A DNA stretch of 64,000 nucleotides, from IMG/VR virus record IMGVR_UViG_3300001102_000006. The stretch is one strand, 5' to 3'. A program made the position numbers and the translations under genes. This stretch comes from a virus. Positions 61,059 through 64,000 of this stretch are shown here, one piece after another. The notes beneath the pieces were generated by a model. It was not told the origin of the DNA and searched no databases. It saw only the letters and a list, made by a program, of their open reading frames with translations. How positions within the stretch are numbered: position 1 is the stretch's first letter; each line of letters starts with the position of its first letter.

Positions 61059-61271
61059 ATTTGGTGTTCTGAACGTTGCTCCACGGATGTGGGTTAAACA
61101 ATACGGCAATGTGCGCTGATAGGGGCCTCCCAACGGGGGTTATCCGATGACCGGCGTCCCTTACGGGGAACAATTATTTGGCGCGCATCCGGGATATTCC
61201 TGTGTTCGTTTCCGTGTTTGCCTCCTTAGTGCTTTGGCACTTCTCGGATGCGCACCTAATGATTGTTCTAT

Positions 61272-61343
61272 CGAGACATGGTATGGTGGGTGTAGGTTGC
61301 GCAACCTCTCACGCGGATGGTTCAATTCCTCCGGTCTCGTCCA
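61272..61343 (+). pseudogene. Degenerate tRNA-like gene, anticodon unassignable
   Basis: CGAGAC/GTCTCG acceptor, GGTTCAATTCC T-arm, TCCA end; poor D-arm and irregular anticodon arm. Confidence 0.5.
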
Positions 61344-61478
61344 AAATTAGCGGAATCACGAGGTTCTTGGCACAGACGCCCCAACGTCCCTGCCCTGATA
61401 CTGGTCGTGCCGTTGGATTGGGGTCCACGAGAGTTCCCGTCTGTAAGTCGGGCATAAAATACTCAAGTTTTCTTATTT

Positions 61479-61554
61479 GTGTCTGTGGTGATGCTGGTGC
61501 CCACATCGGATTGAAGTCCCGAAGATGAAGGTTCGATTCCTTCCGGACACACCA
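61479..61554 (+). tRNA. tRNA-Phe(GAA) with G37
   Basis: GTGTCTG/CGGACAC acceptor, TTGAAGT loop, GGTTCGATTCC, ACCA. Confidence 0.85.
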
Positions 61555-61679
61555 ATACTACGTGCTGCTGAACAAGTGGCACCAACTTTGCAAGGTTCAT
61601 TCGGGAGCGTGGTGGCGCTTGACTGGAACCAGTCTGGATCAGATGACGTAAAATATGCCCTTGCAACTTCCACCGCTTT

Positions 61680-61751
61680 TGTGTCACCGCATGGTGCGGA
61701 CATCGGTCTCATAAGCCGAATGACTGGGATCGTTACCCAGTGACACAACCA
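61680..61751 (+). tRNA. Atypical tRNA with CAT anticodon (Met/Ile2)
   Basis: TGTGTCA/TGACACA acceptor, TCGGT-CTCATAA-GCCGA, T-loop ATCGTTA, short D-arm. Confidence 0.65.
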
Positions 61752-62180
61752 AATAAATGGTACTGTCCAAAGATACCGGGCAGCTAAGACGCCGAGAGAG
61801 GGAGATCGGTAGTGCCGAACGCTTGACACAACAGACGAATCGTTCTATACGACACACAACACGGAGCAGCGGGGAAACGTCCTGATCCCCAGTGGTGAGG
61901 TTGTGTGCAGCCGAGGCTAAGCTAATGACATAGGAACTTACCGAGATGCCGGTCAACGCCCGCTATCGGACAAAACTATGATCAAGCTGATCGTCTCCGC
62001 AGGAGCCGCCAAGCAATAACACAAAGCATGGGCGTGACTTGGTTGGTTGAGAGGAACCAACACTTTTTTCTGAGGCGCATCCCCCGACCAAAATAGAGGC
62101 GGTTTAGGGACCGTTCCGATCCCTAGTCGGACGAGGTGTATCACCAAGCGAGGCGGGGTGCGCCTGAGAAAGAAGTGATT

Positions 62181-62270
62181 GACGTGGTGACGGAGCGGTA
62201 ACGTGCCGGATTGCAAATCCGAGACACTGGGTAGCACCAGTCGTGGGTTCAAATCCCACCCACGTCTCCA
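62181..62270 (+). tRNA. tRNA-Cys(GCA) with a long variable arm
   Basis: GACGTGG/CCACGTC acceptor, TTGCAAA loop, 20-nt variable region with ACTGG/CCAGT stem, U73, CCA. Confidence 0.85.
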
Positions 62271-62323
62271 TTAAATAGTAACCTTTCAGTGGTCTTATTG
62301 GCTTAGCTGAAAAGGATACTCCG

Positions 62324-62644
62324 ATGAAAAAGCTCCTACTCGCCGCAGCAGCGGTTATTGCCCTGTCTGTGACGCCATTTGCTGTTGCTGCACAACAGCA
62401 AAACTGTGGACCACGAGAAGTTGTCGCAGAACGACTTACGGATAACTACGGCGAAACGCGTCAAATGCGTGCCTTGGGAGCGAACAACACTCTTGTCGAA
62501 GTCTGGGCCAGCACAGAAGGCAGCGACCCTACGGGGTCTTGGACTATCACTGTTACTCGCCCTAACGGGGTCACGTGTTTGGTTGCATCCGGACAGGCGT
62601 ATGAAGCGCTGAGTGAATCTCTGGTTGAGGGCGACCCAACTTAG
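62324..62644 (+). CDS. Small secreted protein of a conserved alphaproteobacterial type
   Basis: Signal peptide; CGPRE...L..NYGE...VEVWAS...GSWTI..T.PNG.TCLVASG. Confidence 0.7.
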   Translation: MKKLLLAAAAVIALSVTPFAVAAQQQNCGPREVVAERLTDNYGETRQMRALGANNTLVEVWASTEGSDPTGSWTITVTRPNGVTCLVASGQAYEALSESLVEGDPT

Positions 62645-62654
62645 GAACCTTACC

Positions 62655-62930
62655 TTGGAATATTTCGCCGTTATTCGAATTGCTTTCGGGCAGTACATTC
62701 TGACTGTTTCAGAGACCGAGCGATCTTGGTCAGACACTGACATCGCTGTTCGCGCCGAGCGCTTGCAACAAGAAATTGCGTCCCAAGATTGGGTTCGCGT
62801 CATGGACACTTCGATGCAAATTCGGAATGACTCCATCCAGTGCATGTTTACAGAGACCTATTCGGTCGAGAACGATGTCGTCGCGCTGGTCAGCACGGAC
62901 GGACTGCCTACTTTCAATACTGCATATTGA
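62655..62930 (+). CDS. Hypothetical protein
   Basis: ORF between 62644 and the DUF2793 gene; start uncertain. Confidence 0.45.
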   Translation: MEYFAVIRIAFGQYILTVSETERSWSDTDIAVRAERLQQEIASQDWVRVMDTSMQIRNDSIQCMFTETYSVENDVVALVSTDGLPTFNTAY

Positions 62931-62933
62931 TCC

Positions 62934-63281
62934 ATGGCAGACACACCGAATTTGAGCTTGCCGCTAATTGCGGCGAGCCAAGCACAAAAGCATGTGACTG
63001 CTAATCAAGCCACACTCGGTCTTGATGCACTGTCACAGCTTAGCTGTATTGATCGGAACCTATCGGCTCCGCCGGGATCACCCGGAAACGGTGATACCTA
63101 CATCGTCGGATCATCACCTACGGGTGCATGGGCCGGACAAGCGAATTCCGTCGCCTATTTCTACGGCGGCGCATGGTATTTCTATCCTCCGAAAGAGGGA
63201 TGGATTGCATACCTTCAAGACGAAACAACCTACCGGGCCTTTAATGGAACGAGTTGGGTTCTTCTTTCAACGCTAATATAG
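62934..63281 (+). CDS. DUF2793 domain protein (GTA/phage tail-associated)
   Basis: TPNLSLPLIAASQAQKHVT.N.A...LD, PP..P..GDTYIV...PTGAWAGQ...A....GAW....PKEGW. Confidence 0.85.
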   Translation: MADTPNLSLPLIAASQAQKHVTANQATLGLDALSQLSCIDRNLSAPPGSPGNGDTYIVGSSPTGAWAGQANSVAYFYGGAWYFYPPKEGWIAYLQDETTYRAFNGTSWVLLSTLI

Positions 63282-63286
63282 CGTAA

Positions 63287-63362
63287 CAGGGTGTAGCTCA
63301 GTTGGTAGAGTGCCGGTTTTGGAAACCGGAGGCCGTGGGATCGTGACCCACCACCCTGACCA
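63287..63362 (+). tRNA. tRNA-Pro(TGG)
   Basis: Cloverleaf, TTTGGAA loop, atypical T-loop ATCGTGA, ACCA. Confidence 0.88.
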
Positions 63363-63365
63363 TTT

Positions 63366-63441
63366 TGCGGGTTAGAGAAGTAGTTATCTCGCCATCCTCA
63401 TAAGGTGGAGATCGTTGGTGCAAATCCTTCACCCGCAACCA
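63366..63441 (+). tRNA. tRNA-Met(CAT), fMet-like
   Basis: TGCGGGT/ACCCGCA, CTCATAA loop, T-loop TGCAAAT, ACCA. Confidence 0.82.
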
Positions 63442-63446
63442 ATAAT

Positions 63447-63558
63447 TCGATGTTTTTTGAGGTACACCAGCGCTTCGCGGAGAGGCGGTGAAGGTCATGC
63501 TTTGCAAAACCAAGGAACATGACGCCTTGGTAGACTGGTGTCTCACAAAAAACATCGA
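63447..63558. ncRNA. Unassigned multi-stem structured RNA
   Basis: TCGATGTTTTTT/AAAAAACATCGA and ACACCAG/CTGGTGT closing stems with two internal hairpins. Confidence 0.4.
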
Positions 63559-63596
63559 ATAGCCATTGACATGGGCGACCAAGTTGCCTATGTCTC

Positions 63597-63968
63597 ACCT
63601 TACACACGTTCATCTGCAAAGCGGATGCATTTCTGGACCGGGGGGCAGTACCCCGCGCCTCCACCATAATAGCGTCAGTCTGACGAGACGTTCTGAGAAG
63701 GTTTGTTGGGAAGTCATGCCCTGATGGATTGGAGAACAGACGCTATTTTGATGGGGGCGATATAGGATCGACAGGATGAATAAGTAGAGTGGCGTGTCGG
63801 CGTAGCCTCACCGTTATCGGGGACAGGACGAAAGTCTGAACTTTACAAATGCAATCGACATGAATGCACTTGTTGCTTCCGCTGCAAACGATGACTTCGC
63901 GCCTCGCGAAGTTGCAATCGCAGCCTAAGCACTTGGGGTCCGGAGGTACCTAGCAACAGAAACCTCCA
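63597..63968 (+). ncRNA. ssrA: Circularly permuted two-piece tmRNA
   Basis: Acceptor piece ending CGCCTCCACCA (63666) precedes coding piece starting GGGGGCGATATAGGATCGAC (63753); G3:U70 pair; tag ...ANDDFAPREVAIAA-stop; outer ends approximate. Confidence 0.92.
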
Positions 63969-64000
63969 ACCTACCCACTTACCTACAAACATACTAAAGG

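Noticed and set aside
61600-62140. Further tRNA candidates ending CTTCCACC (61674), GACCA (62091) and TCACCA (62138)
   Set aside because: No T-arm or consistent cloverleaf could be built.
1-64000. Prophage or bacterial chromosome origin; rRNA genes
   Set aside because: No integrase, att site, housekeeping operon or rRNA is visible; lifestyle cannot be settled from this window.

Overview
This window is a segment of a large lytic-type dsDNA phage genome infecting an alphaproteobacterium, most likely Rhodobacteraceae. It resembles CbK-like / GTA-related roseophages (inference from gene content). Bases 1-40.7 kb are a minus-strand array of replication, nucleotide and RNA-metabolism genes: primase-like ORF, ATP-dependent DNA ligase, NAMPT plus NadM-Nudix NAD+ salvage, two RNA ligases, a kinase, CCA-adding enzyme, Thg1, phosphoesterase, HD hydrolase, an RTX-repeat protein and many small hypotheticals. 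41-46 kb is a plus-strand RuvC/TerS/TerL block, convergent with a GafA-like gene. About 50.4-58.3 kb looks like an early or terminal-repeat region of short promoter-gene-terminator modules. 60.6-64 kb is a tRNA/ncRNA cluster ending in a permuted two-piece tmRNA. Most notable signals: (1) three perfect chromosomal parS palindromes in the early region, with no parB in the window; (2) a CtrA homologue with a dead receiver domain and intact DNA-binding domain, CtrA boxes at promoters, a GafA-like activator and CGAATC (GANTC) sites in many promoters, together suggesting hijack of the host cell-cycle/GTA circuitry; (3) a complete tRNA-Phe split in its anticodon loop by a 158-nt insert that carries the start of an HNH gene; (4) four paralogous promoter- and terminator-bounded small RNAs. 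All calls were made by eye from motifs, with no database searches.
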